A stretch of DNA of 64,000 nucleotides, taken from sequence record PV261924.1; one strand, 5' to 3'. A program made the translations under genes and the position numbers. Numbering within the stretch: position 1 is the first letter of the stretch; each line of letters starts with the position of its first letter. Below are positions 9,418 through 18,427 of the stretch, in pieces. The notes under the pieces are model-generated. The model was given only the letters and a program-made list of their open reading frames with translations. It had not been told where the DNA came from and did not search any database.

Positions 9418-9923
9418 TAACCTAACCCTTTCTTCAAATGATTATGAATGGTTCCCTCAGACAAACCAAAGTATTCGGCTGCCTTGGTTTGACTTTCAAA
9501 TTCAATCCCCCTATATACACACTTCTTTCTTCTGTTTTTATTACCTTTGGCTCTTTCTCTGGCATCATATCTAAATTCATCGGTTCTCTTCATACCAGAA
9601 TTTGCTTTAGATATTCTATCTTTGTGTTGTTGGCTAAGAACTCTTCCAGAGGCACCTTCACCCCCATCAGTCATATTTCTTAGAATTCCTGTACCTATAT
9701 CTTTACGACCAAAAATAGAAATCATATAAACTTCGTGTCTAAATGCGTCTTCCTCCAATTCAAAAGTTTTTAGAATTAATCTTCTATTTTCTTCAGGTAA
9801 GTTGATTTTTTTATTTTTTGAATTTATTCTTTGCGTCATTTTTTCACGAAACTTACCTTTCCCAATATAGTAAGGCGTTCCATTTTCTCTAAGATAAGCA
9901 TAGGTGTAAAAATTATTATTCAT
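9417..9923 (-). mobile_element. Free-standing GIY-YIG-like (Seg-type) homing endonuclease with NUMOD3 and C-terminal HTH
   Basis: FYTYAYLR..GTPYYIGKG, EEDAFRHE, LRNMTDGGEG, SQQHKDRISKANSG, FESQTKAAEYFGLSEGTI; visibly AT-rich. Confidence 0.8.
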
Positions 9924-10354
9924 CCTAAACCTGAAGTAAATCTCATGAACTCAATGCTGTTTTTGATTTGATAGTTTCTTTGGTGCAGCATTTTTAGAAT
10001 CTCTTCTATATATCTCAACATCACTTCGTAATACTCACACTTCAACGAAATTCCTGAGAGTCTCTCATCAGCGTCCAAATATTTTTGCATAGTGTCTTTA
10101 TCTCGGATCTTTTTGGGAAACGGATCTTTGACATAAACATCAGGGTCTGCTTTACCCGAATAGTACTCATATCTTTCGTGCCTTACATTCTTTTTTTGTT
10201 GTTCTGCTTTTTTCCTCAACAACATGAGGTTATTATAAATGTCATAATATTTTGAGTGCAGAACTGGAATGTTCAGAGACTCGGTATGTAAGTTGTCAAT
10301 GTCAATTTTAGAATCCTTTTCCCACATCTGTTGAAGTGTAGGTAGGTCAATCAT
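9920..10354 (-). CDS. uvsY: UvsY recombination mediator
   Basis: WEKDSKID.DNLHTESLNIPVLHSKY...RNYQIKNSIEFMRFTSG. Confidence 0.93.
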   Translation of the reverse strand: MIDLPTLQQMWEKDSKIDIDNLHTESLNIPVLHSKYYDIYNNLMLLRKKAEQQKKNVRHERYEYYSGKADPDVYVKDPFPKKIRDKDTMQKYLDADERLSGISLKCEYYEVMLRYIEEILKMLHQRNYQIKNSIEFMRFTSGLG

Positions 10355-10903
10355 TTAGCAACACTCAAATGCTTCTATAGTATAGTTAGAATACTTGAAG
10401 GTGACATCAGCTGTCAAGTATTCTACATCAGTTCCTGTTGCGTCAAACTGAATGTCTGACAATGTGGTAGGAAATAAGTCCTTAAACTTGACCGCAAACA
10501 CTGGTCTATTGATACCGTTCAGGATAGTGAGGGTTCCATCAGAGAACAAGTTAATCTCGCTGTTGGGTGTCTGTTTGACGGGACCAGTCTTTTGGAATGC
10601 ATAAATCTCATCAAGACTTTCAGGGAAACCAATACCTCTTAACCAGGTTTGTATCTCCATATAATTCTCAAGACCCGCATCAATCAAGAAACGAATTCTT
10701 AAGTCATTGAATTCTAAGATATCACCAGGTCTTGGAATCTGTCTCAAATATGAGGGTTGAGTTGCAACACCCATCACAAGACCAGGCACATTGATTGCAT
10801 TACCAAAGAATCCAAGTTTAGGTGCCCTGTTGACAGTGAAACTAAACCCAGTAGCCTGTAGAAAGTTTCTATCAGATATCTGGTTTGTAAGAGGTTGTGT
10901 CAT
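10355..10903 (-). CDS. g3: Tail completion / tube terminator gp3
   Basis: RNFLQATGFSF, gp19-like fold, LFPTTLSDIQFD..YLTADVTFKY; syntenic position. Confidence 0.85.
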   Translation of the reverse strand: MTQPLTNQISDRNFLQATGFSFTVNRAPKLGFFGNAINVPGLVMGVATQPSYLRQIPRPGDILEFNDLRIRFLIDAGLENYMEIQTWLRGIGFPESLDEIYAFQKTGPVKQTPNSEINLFSDGTLTILNGINRPVFAVKFKDLFPTTLSDIQFDATGTDVEYLTADVTFKYSNYTIEAFECC

Positions 10904-10904
10904 T

Positions 10905-11063
10905 TTATTCGTTTACTACAAGACCTGCATACCTGATATATTCTTCTCTGGCATCAGCTTCAGTGGTGAATTGTTTTCTTTCTGAAAACTTATCAGTCCA
11001 CTGTTCTCTACCTTTGTAATATACCTCTTTGTCACAGATCACTTTCTTTATAAAAGATGCCAT
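10905..11063 (-). CDS. Small hypothetical protein (52 aa, below ORF-track cutoff)
   Basis: Manual translation MASFIKKVICDKEVYYKGREQWTDKFSERKQFTTEADAREEYIRYAGLVVNE; late promoter upstream; stop 1 nt before the g3 start. Confidence 0.7.
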   Translation of the reverse strand: MASFIKKVICDKEVYYKGREQWTDKFSERKQFTTEADAREEYIRYAGLVVNE

Positions 11064-11085
11064 CATCCTATAAGTGGTTTATGAG

Positions 11086-11093
11086 TATTTATC
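11086..11093 (-). promoter_or_regulatory. T4-type late promoter
   Basis: GATAAATA overlapping the stop of the upstream fibre gene. Confidence 0.7.
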
Positions 11094-12540
11094 AGTTACC
11101 TTGAAGTTCTGCAACTTGAGCTTCAAGGGTTTCGATGCGCTCCATTGCTTCTTGGAGGGCTTTAACTGCTTTCATGTAAAGGATGGATGCCTTAAAACTC
11201 AACACCTCATCTCCTTCTACTAAATTGTTAGTAGTATCAGCAATTTCTTCCTCGGAAGCAGGACGACGTGTAATAAGTCCAGGACTAACGGTTTCAAGTT
11301 CCTGTGCAATCGGGCCTAAATGTAACGTACCTGCAGGATCATTTTTGTAATGGAAGTTGGTGATGCGGACGTTTTTAATGTCACTCCATTGAGAATTAGC
11401 ATCAACGATGTCCTGCTTTAAGCGTTCGTCGGAACTAATTGGACCATAACTATTAGCCGCATTTTCAACTTGTCCATTAGTTCGGACTAAAAACACAAAA
11501 GTGCCGCTGGTCGTGCTGCTTGCATCTCGTAGCCCGCCAATAAGAATGTGACTGGTGCTGGCTGCTTGAGAACTTCTAAACCCGTGACCGTCAGTTGAAC
11601 TAGTAAAGCTTAGTAGTCTTCCATTACTCATAATCCTCATCCGCTCAGTCGGGCTGTTGTCACTGTCGGCGGTGGTGGAAAATACTAGGCGGCCTGGCAT
11701 GTCATTAGCGCCAGGTGTGCCGTCTACTTCACCACGAATGCTTGCTGCCTGGACAAACTCAGTGCCGTCAGAGCCCTGGAACTCGATACCGCCAACAGCA
11801 TCTCCTGATTGCACAACAGTTGTGGAACCCACAACGGTTCCACGAGTTTTTGCAAGAGATAAAATTGAGTATCCAGTATTATTGCTATTTCTAATAATTG
11901 CCAGGTTAGCAGTGCTTGTATTTGTTCCTTCGATCAGAACTTGACTGGATTCGGTCGAGTTGAAGAAATTGCTACGCGCAGTAGCCGTACCAACCAACAG
12001 CCTGCCGCTGGTATCGATGCGCATTCTCTCAGAGGCTTTATCGTTGCCCAACCAACGATGCGAACCATCAGAGGCATATACAAGATTACTACCACCAGCT
12101 GAGACACTATCTATCCCGATCCATGCTGTGGACACGTTGGAATTTCTATTGCCAGTTAATTCAATTGCAGGTCCAAAATCTCCCGTACTAGAAGTTTCAA
12201 AACGAGCTACGGGTTGATATTGTGTGTCCGCTAAAGATGACTCAACATGAAATTCTCTATCTGGGGTAGAAACCCCTATTCCTATGCGGCCCGAGCTGTC
12301 AATACGTACACGTTCTGAAGAATTTGTATATAAACCTAACTCATTATTAGCAGGATTACCAATAGATGCCCCTGTACCAATTACTACACCTTGTCTAGCA
12401 GTAATGACACCAACAGAATCTACACTGGTGACATCTTCATAAGTGACTGTACCTGAAATGGATACAGTGTCATTTACCCCACCAATAGTAATCTTATTAC
12501 CACTTCTAGGGTTAATATTATTAGTGAGAATATTTGACAT
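11092..12540 (-). CDS. Fibre protein with C-terminal intramolecular chaperone (Peptidase_S74-like)
   Basis: Repeated ERMRIDxSGR motifs; SSDERLKQDI cleavage-type motif; HLGPIAQE; C-terminal coiled coil LYMKAVKALQEAMERIETLEAQV. Confidence 0.85.
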   Translation of the reverse strand: MSNILTNNINPRSGNKITIGGVNDTVSISGTVTYEDVTSVDSVGVITARQGVVIGTGASIGNPANNELGLYTNSSERVRIDSSGRIGIGVSTPDREFHVESSLADTQYQPVARFETSSTGDFGPAIELTGNRNSNVSTAWIGIDSVSAGGSNLVYASDGSHRWLGNDKASERMRIDTSGRLLVGTATARSNFFNSTESSQVLIEGTNTSTANLAIIRNSNNTGYSILSLAKTRGTVVGSTTVVQSGDAVGGIEFQGSDGTEFVQAASIRGEVDGTPGANDMPGRLVFSTTADSDNSPTERMRIMSNGRLLSFTSSTDGHGFRSSQAASTSHILIGGLRDASSTTSGTFVFLVRTNGQVENAANSYGPISSDERLKQDIVDANSQWSDIKNVRITNFHYKNDPAGTLHLGPIAQELETVSPGLITRRPASEEEIADTTNNLVEGDEVLSFKASILYMKAVKALQEAMERIETLEAQVAELQGN

Positions 12541-12561
12541 CGATCAAAGATACTTTTCTTC

Positions 12562-12569
12562 TATTTATC
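12562..12569 (-). promoter_or_regulatory. T4-type late promoter (S74 fibre gene)
   Basis: GATAAATA just downstream of the g23 terminator. Confidence 0.75.
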
Positions 12570-12576
12570 AACGCAT

Positions 12577-12601
12577 AAAAAAAGAGACCCTTGCGGGTCC
12601 C
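12577..12601 (-). terminator. Intrinsic terminator after g23
   Basis: GGGACCC-GCAA-GGGTCTC-T7. Confidence 0.9.
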
Positions 12602-12625
12602 TTGGTTACGATCTCTTGTGATGGA

Positions 12626-14056
12626 TCACATGAGGTTCTTAACAGCAACACGTCTGTAGTAACGGTTGGAGTTAACTCTGAGTCTGCCAAGACCTTGGTC
12701 AATACCTTCAGCGAATGGGTTAGCAACGAGACCGTAACGGGTCTTGAAGCCGATTTTTGGCTGGAAGGTGTTCTCACCGACGGCACGAACCATCTGGAGA
12801 GGAACATAAGGACAATAGAACAGACCAGCGTCATAAGGTGAAGAACCCTTATAACCGACGACATAGTACTGGTTACCACCGTTGGTTGCAGCGTTAGCAG
12901 CAGACAGGTTAGCAGAATATGGGTCGATGTAGACGCGGAACTTACCGTTGATGGTACCAGCGAAGGTGTTGCCAGTGTCGTCAACGTTCAGGTTAGCGTT
13001 GAGTGCTGGGGTGTAGTCGAGGATACCAGCCATGGTCAGTGCGGAAGCAACGTCTGCGGAACACAGAATCATGTTGCCCTTGCCACGACGAGTTCTTTGA
13101 GCAATCGCGTTAGCGTCTCTCTCGATCTGGAACAGAAGACCCTTGAACTTCTCAACAGACCAACGACCGTTGGAGTCAACGTCGAGGTCAAATACACCAG
13201 CAGTTGCAGTGTTAGAAACGGCACCTTGCTCAGCAGTCTTATAGATGGTTCTGATGACTTCGCGGTTGATTTCAGCAAGAATCTCAGTTGAGAGAATGTT
13301 TGCCAACTCAGCCTCAGCATTCAGACCATGGATTGCCTTGAGGTCTTGTGCCAGTTCCAAGGAGTACTCAGCCTTGAGTGCTCTTGACTTAGCGGTTACA
13401 GTGACTTTCTCGATCGAGAATGCCATCTGGTTGAAGTGATCGCCAGTGCCTGAACCCAGGTTCTCAGCGTCACCAGTTACCATACCCTGGCCTACGTTGT
13501 AGCCAGTGGATGATGCAGAACCAACAGGGTTCAGAACTGATGGGTTAGTACCAGACTGTGAGGTTGTACCCAGACCAGCATTAGCATCAGACATGCCTGC
13601 GGTCAGGTTGAAGCCGTCATCCTGACCAGAGAATGCGGTATCGACTTCGTTGTAGAAGGTCTCGGAACCAGACTGGTTCTCGTAGCGAGATCTCATTGCG
13701 AAGATCAGGCCAGTAGGACCGTTCATTGGCTGAACGCCTGCGAGGTCATATGCGACCAGGTTAGGCATTGCACGTCTGATCAATGAGATCAGAACAGGGT
13801 CGAAACCTGCGGTAGGACCAGCAGCTGGTGAACCAGCACCAAAACCACCAGATGCACCAGCAGCGTTAGCAGCGTTGGTTGGGGTTTCCATCAGGTTGAT
13901 ACCTGACTGGAATGCTTGCTCCTCGCGGAGGAATTTTTCTTGGTTTTCGAGCAGGACTGCGGTTACAGCTCTTCTGTGAGTATCCTTGATTGGATCAAGA
14001 CCTTCATAGTCGAGAAGTGGACTCCACTTTTCCTGCAGATGTTCGGATTGAAACAT
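12626..14056 (-). CDS. g23: Major capsid protein gp23
   Basis: FDPVLISLIRRAMPNL, VQPMNGPTGLIFAMR, KSRALKAEYSLELAQDL, FYCPYVPL. Confidence 0.99.
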   Translation of the reverse strand: MFQSEHLQEKWSPLLDYEGLDPIKDTHRRAVTAVLLENQEKFLREEQAFQSGINLMETPTNAANAAGASGGFGAGSPAAGPTAGFDPVLISLIRRAMPNLVAYDLAGVQPMNGPTGLIFAMRSRYENQSGSETFYNEVDTAFSGQDDGFNLTAGMSDANAGLGTTSQSGTNPSVLNPVGSASSTGYNVGQGMVTGDAENLGSGTGDHFNQMAFSIEKVTVTAKSRALKAEYSLELAQDLKAIHGLNAEAELANILSTEILAEINREVIRTIYKTAEQGAVSNTATAGVFDLDVDSNGRWSVEKFKGLLFQIERDANAIAQRTRRGKGNMILCSADVASALTMAGILDYTPALNANLNVDDTGNTFAGTINGKFRVYIDPYSANLSAANAATNGGNQYYVVGYKGSSPYDAGLFYCPYVPLQMVRAVGENTFQPKIGFKTRYGLVANPFAEGIDQGLGRLRVNSNRYYRRVAVKNLM

Positions 14057-14097
14057 TTGCTTTTACCTAATAGTTGTTGTTTGAATGAATGTTAAAT

Positions 14098-15159
14098 TCA
14101 CTTTTTGAATGCACCAAGTGCTCTCATGTACTGTTCCATACCTGTAGAGGTAGGAGCAGGGGTTGAATCTACACTTTCAGAGATTGTCTGAGGTGCTTCA
14201 GATTTCGCGGAAGGTGCCTTGGAGAAGTATGACTCCTTCAGGGTCTCCAGCTTTTCACGATATTCTTCTTCACTTTCAAACTCTACACTTTCAGCAAGTG
14301 AAGCGAGCTTCTCTTTCTGGGTCTCAGCAAGACCTTCAGAGACAACTGAAAGAACGATGTCTGCAGTGGACTCAGCGAGTCTCTTATTCAGACCAATGTT
14401 CTTCTCAATCTGCTCATTGAGTTTAGTCTCCATATCATCAAGTTTTTCTACCATGCTCTCAAGTACATCATATTTTTCTTCAGGGATAGTTACATAATGC
14501 TCTTCAAAAAGACCCTTCATGCCAGACAGGAAGGATTCAGTCATTTCGGTCTTGAGACCATGTTCGATAGCCAACTCATTCTCGGTCATCCACTCTTCGC
14601 AGACGTACTCAAGATATGCGTCAACTCTCTCGGTGAGCTCACCCTTAAGGGCTTGTCTCTCCTCGTCCAGACGCTCAGCGTACTGGATTTCCAGGGATTC
14701 CTGGATTTCTTTGATTTTTGAGGTTAATGCAGCTTCAAAGATGACACGTGCCTTTTCTTTGAATTCTTCGGAGAGCTCTTCACCACCGAGGAGTGCATTT
14801 ACGTCCTCTTCGATGTCAACAGTCTCTTCGGTAACTTCTTCGGATTCGGATACAATCTCTTCCTCTTCGAGGACTTCCTCTTCGGTTTCGATTTCTTCCT
14901 TAGCCATTTTCTTCATTGGATCAGCAGCTTTTGCACCCTTATTAACTACATCCTTGACAGTAGCGATCTTAGGCTCTCTGAGCTTTGCAGAATCGTTGTC
15001 AGGCTTGTAGTTCTCAGGGGTAGGACCACCGAGATCTTCGTAGGAAGTTGACAGGCCTTCGCCTGGGCTGGAAAGCTTAGGCATACCTTCAGCAGGTTTA
15101 GCGTTCGCGTTCACAGCAGTTTTAGATTGCTCCATTTCTTGTAAATCTCCACGAGACAT
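14098..15159 (-). CDS. g22: Prohead core scaffold protein gp22
   Basis: Glu-rich coiled coil, LSEEFKEKARVIFEAAL, syntenic position. Confidence 0.95.
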   Translation of the reverse strand: MSRGDLQEMEQSKTAVNANAKPAEGMPKLSSPGEGLSTSYEDLGGPTPENYKPDNDSAKLREPKIATVKDVVNKGAKAADPMKKMAKEEIETEEEVLEEEEIVSESEEVTEETVDIEEDVNALLGGEELSEEFKEKARVIFEAALTSKIKEIQESLEIQYAERLDEERQALKGELTERVDAYLEYVCEEWMTENELAIEHGLKTEMTESFLSGMKGLFEEHYVTIPEEKYDVLESMVEKLDDMETKLNEQIEKNIGLNKRLAESTADIVLSVVSEGLAETQKEKLASLAESVEFESEEEYREKLETLKESYFSKAPSAKSEAPQTISESVDSTPAPTSTGMEQYMRALGAFKK

Positions 15160-15192
15160 TTGAAGTTACTCCGATTAACCTTTTTTAATCTA

Positions 15193-15200
15193 TATTTATT
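15193..15200 (-). promoter_or_regulatory. T4-type late promoter (g22)
   Basis: AATAAATA. Confidence 0.75.
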
Positions 15201-15226
15201 TATAAATTGTATATTTCAATAACTTA

Positions 15227-15877
15227 TCAAAGATTGTTTAAAAAGTCATTGAACAAATCAAGTTTCTTCTCATCAAGTTGACCTTGAGTTACAAGAGTGT
15301 TGATCTGCTTGTAGGTTTTCTTGGCGGCCTGTTCTCTAAGGATGCCACCATCCCAAATCCACTCTTTTCCTTCCATGATACCTTCAACGAAAGCATCAGG
15401 TGCAGAAGGATCAGCAACGATATCAGCAGCAGTTGCTAACATGAAGTCGTCACCAACAATGTTTACACCTTCTCTGGTTTGTTTGAGTGACCCAATACCT
15501 CTACTAGAAACACCCAATTTAACTCCTTCTCCGATGAGTGACTTCGCAATGTTACCCATTGGTGTTGATAAGATTTTTGCCTTACCAATGAAGTTATTTC
15601 CGTCTTCTTTGAGAGAAATAATTTTGTGACTGACGCGATCAAGATTAACAGTCGGGCCGTCTGGGTGTCCGAGTTCTCCAAGAGCCCTCCCAGAATTAAT
15701 ATGGTTTTCTGTGTATCTTTGGACTTCCTTTCTCAGGCCTTCCATTTGATACATTCTGCCATTACGATTACAGATGTTACCCTGAAGGAAGATACCCTCA
15801 ATGTACATATGCTTCTTACCGCCTTTCTCCTCGACGATAAAATCAACTGACTCGATTTCTTCTCTGATTAGTTTCAT
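15227..15877 (-). CDS. g21: Prohead protease gp21
   Basis: ALGELGHP, LGVSSRGIGSL, DIVADPSAPDAFV. Confidence 0.97.
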   Translation of the reverse strand: MKLIREEIESVDFIVEEKGGKKHMYIEGIFLQGNICNRNGRMYQMEGLRKEVQRYTENHINSGRALGELGHPDGPTVNLDRVSHKIISLKEDGNNFIGKAKILSTPMGNIAKSLIGEGVKLGVSSRGIGSLKQTREGVNIVGDDFMLATAADIVADPSAPDAFVEGIMEGKEWIWDGGILREQAAKKTYKQINTLVTQGQLDEKKLDLFNDFLNNL

Positions 15878-15882
15878 TGTTC

Positions 15883-16431
15883 TCAGGATCTTTGTACTTG
15901 TTGGATAAAGGCCTTACCTGTTCCAGATTCTGTCTTGACTGCAACTTTGAAAGACTTTCTCAATGTTGCGTCAGGTGATGTAAATACATCGGTAACAGAA
16001 CTAGAGTTATAGTTAACAGTAATTCTTGTGCTGAAATAACCACCAACACCAGAAGTATTGTTGACAGCAGTAACTTCTTGATGCTCAAAGTCAAAGTTAG
16101 ACTGACCTGAGACTGTAAGTGTAACCATGTCACCTACATCAAATGGGCTTCCAGTTCCCTGTGGGAAATCAATAGTAGTTGTAGTACCAGTTGTGATACC
16201 AACAACTTTCTGTGCTGATACAGGACCAAGAGAAATTTCTGCCGTATCAAAAGTAGGTACGTAGAAATGCTCGTTGGTTGCAGTAGGGTTTCCACCATAC
16301 GTGACATAAACACCAGCAGTTTCTGCTACAATCCTTAGTGAATCGCATTGCTGTTGAATTGCACTAGATTGAGTAGAACCAGTGCCAGTGGTTAATGTAG
16401 TATTGATCCCTACGGGTCTAGAAGCTGACAT
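15883..16431 (-). CDS. Hypothetical virion protein (beta-rich, late)
   Basis: Thr/Gly-rich; own late promoter; lies in the head gene cluster. Confidence 0.75.
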   Translation of the reverse strand: MSASRPVGINTTLTTGTGSTQSSAIQQQCDSLRIVAETAGVYVTYGGNPTATNEHFYVPTFDTAEISLGPVSAQKVVGITTGTTTTIDFPQGTGSPFDVGDMVTLTVSGQSNFDFEHQEVTAVNNTSGVGGYFSTRITVNYNSSSVTDVFTSPDATLRKSFKVAVKTESGTGKAFIQQVQRS

Positions 16432-16456
16432 TATGTTTCAATAGTTCTATAATACT

Positions 16457-16464
16457 TATTTATT
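16457..16464 (-). promoter_or_regulatory. T4-type late promoter
   Basis: AATAAATA. Confidence 0.7.
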
Positions 16465-16681
16465 ATTCTTCGGTCTCTTCTTCAGCTTCACCATAAGAAG
16501 CTTCAGTTTCGATCTCTTCTTCTGCCTCAACTTCAGGTGCATCAAAGATAGATGCTGCTACGTTGGGACGGTTTGCTTCAATCTTTTCTGCACTTTTAGC
16601 AAAAAGGATATCCTTGATTTTATCACTAATTTGTGATGAAGACTCGTCGGGACTGACGAGCATATCCATAAGTTCGTCCAT
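16463..16681 (-). CDS. Small acidic prohead core protein (gp67/gp68-like position)
   Basis: Between g20 and g21; Glu-rich tail. Confidence 0.7.
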   Translation of the reverse strand: MDELMDMLVSPDESSSQISDKIKDILFAKSAEKIEANRPNVAASIFDAPEVEAEEEIETEASYGEAEEETEE

Positions 16682-16704
16682 AAAAATAATGTATCTACAA
16701 TTTG

Positions 16705-16712
16705 TATTTAGA
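16705..16712 (-). promoter_or_regulatory. T4-type late promoter
   Basis: TCTAAATA overlapping the g20 stop. Confidence 0.65.
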
Positions 16713-18390
16713 TTTCACCACCAGGAGGATTCTTAGTTGTCCCAGGAGCCTCTGGATCTTTAGGTGAAGTTGGTGCCTGCATTGGGTCAATTGGTGCACC
16801 ACCTGCAGGAGGCATACCAGGTGCTGGTGGCATACCTGTCATTGGATCAACCATAGCATTAGGATCAGGAATTACACCATTTTCAATTTCCTTCTCAATC
16901 AATTCATCCTGTTCAATAATCTCTTCATCAGTCTGACGGAGAATATTTCTTCTTACATAATCCTGTGAGTAATACTTACCAACATAAGGTTCTGCAAGAG
17001 CAGCAAGGTTCAGTCTTTCAGTAGTGAGTTCTGCATTCTTGAGTTCTGCAAAATGATTGTCATACAGGAAGTCATACTGAATATGATCCGCCATGTACTC
17101 CCAATCTTCAGGAGTGACAATATTCTTCAGAATCAATTGTGTTCTCAACATGTCACTGAACATTGCTGAGAATCTCTTTCTCATTCTACCAACAAACTTG
17201 GAGAACTTGATTTCATCTCTCAAGATTTCGGAAGAACGACCCATTGAAAAACCAGTGTCACCTTCGATTCTGGTCTCAGGAACATTCAGAGCTCTGTAGA
17301 GTTTTCTCTGGAAGTAGTTAATATCAGTAATTTCACCAAGATTTTGACCACCTGGAAGTGTAGTAATCTCAGTACCACGACCACCTTCTCTTCTAGGAAG
17401 CCAGAAGTCTTCCATCATGGACATAAACTTCTTGTCATCACGCATCTCACCAGTGTTTGCGTCATAGACCATCTTGTTTCTATAACGCATCATGACATCA
17501 CGAAGGTATTGTTCTGCCTTTACCTTAGGAAGATTGCCAACGTCAATGTAGAAAATTCTACGTTCTGGTGCTCTTGAAAGTCTGTAGATAACCAATGAAT
17601 CCTCAATCATCATTAACTGATTGAGTGGTTTGATTGCCTTATGCATCCAGGACAATGTGATTCCTTTGTTTCTATCTACCAAACCAGAAGTACAATAGGT
17701 GACAGAATCACGGGTCATCTTGATACCCTTTTGTGGATTCCCACCATAACCAGCACGGGATGTTCCCATGTCTGGTGTGTACATGAAGAACTCTTCTACC
17801 TCTGGAAAGTTAAATGCAAGATTGTTTGATGCACCAAAGTCATCTCTTGCCTGTTGAAGACTATCTTTACCCTGTTTCTTCAACTTACGGACATATCTAA
17901 TCTTAGATGCGTCAATATATCTGAGTTCTTGAATACCTTCTTGAGGATTCTTTTGGTCGATGACCTTGTTATAGTAGAGTCTTCCGTCAATATACCAGTT
18001 ACGGAAAATCTCATGTGCCTTCTTATCAAAGTCAAGAAGTTCGAGAATATAACTAAACTCTTCTCTTACAATCTTTTTGATTTTATCACTGGCATTCAGA
18101 TTGGACAGTTCAATCTTTACAGGTGAATCGTTTGTATCAGATACAATTGCTTCGTTTACAATATCTTCAATCGCACTATCACACTCTGGATAGAGTGCCA
18201 TCTGTCTATATCTTCTGATGAGATCGGTCTCATTTTTGTAGAGACCCTCAATATCTAAGTTATAACTACCAAAAAACCCACTACTAGCGAAGTTCTCAGA
18301 TCCATCTTGATTAGAGGGTGGAATCGGAGAGACTACGCCAGAAGGGGTCTTTTCGCTATCTTCAATTGAAAAACCAAATAATCTGGCCAT
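16708..18390 (-). CDS. g20: Portal vertex protein gp20
   Basis: VIYRLSRAPERRIFYIDVGNLPK, EDFWLPRREGGRGTEITTLPGG. Confidence 0.98.
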   Translation of the reverse strand: MARLFGFSIEDSEKTPSGVVSPIPPSNQDGSENFASSGFFGSYNLDIEGLYKNETDLIRRYRQMALYPECDSAIEDIVNEAIVSDTNDSPVKIELSNLNASDKIKKIVREEFSYILELLDFDKKAHEIFRNWYIDGRLYYNKVIDQKNPQEGIQELRYIDASKIRYVRKLKKQGKDSLQQARDDFGASNNLAFNFPEVEEFFMYTPDMGTSRAGYGGNPQKGIKMTRDSVTYCTSGLVDRNKGITLSWMHKAIKPLNQLMMIEDSLVIYRLSRAPERRIFYIDVGNLPKVKAEQYLRDVMMRYRNKMVYDANTGEMRDDKKFMSMMEDFWLPRREGGRGTEITTLPGGQNLGEITDINYFQRKLYRALNVPETRIEGDTGFSMGRSSEILRDEIKFSKFVGRMRKRFSAMFSDMLRTQLILKNIVTPEDWEYMADHIQYDFLYDNHFAELKNAELTTERLNLAALAEPYVGKYYSQDYVRRNILRQTDEEIIEQDELIEKEIENGVIPDPNAMVDPMTGMPPAPGMPPAGGAPIDPMQAPTSPKDPEAPGTTKNPPGGEI

Positions 18391-18419
18391 TATGATTAAA
18401 CTAGACTGTCTTGTCTAGT

Positions 18420-18427
18420 TATTTATC
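18420..18427 (-). promoter_or_regulatory. T4-type late promoter (g20)
   Basis: GATAAATA. Confidence 0.75.

Noticed and set aside
10905-11063. Possible frameshifted pseudogene upstream of g3
   Set aside because: Re-reading 10981-10990 (TCTGAAAACT) shows an intact 52-aa frame.
12568-12984. 138-aa alternative-frame ORF overlapping the 3' end of g23
   Set aside because: Runs through the g23 terminator; Ser/Thr/Leu-rich off-frame composition; no initiation signal.
16708-16870. Pro/Gly/Met-rich tail of portal gp20
   Set aside because: Low-complexity tail without clean DNA repeats; a common elaboration of cyanophage portals.
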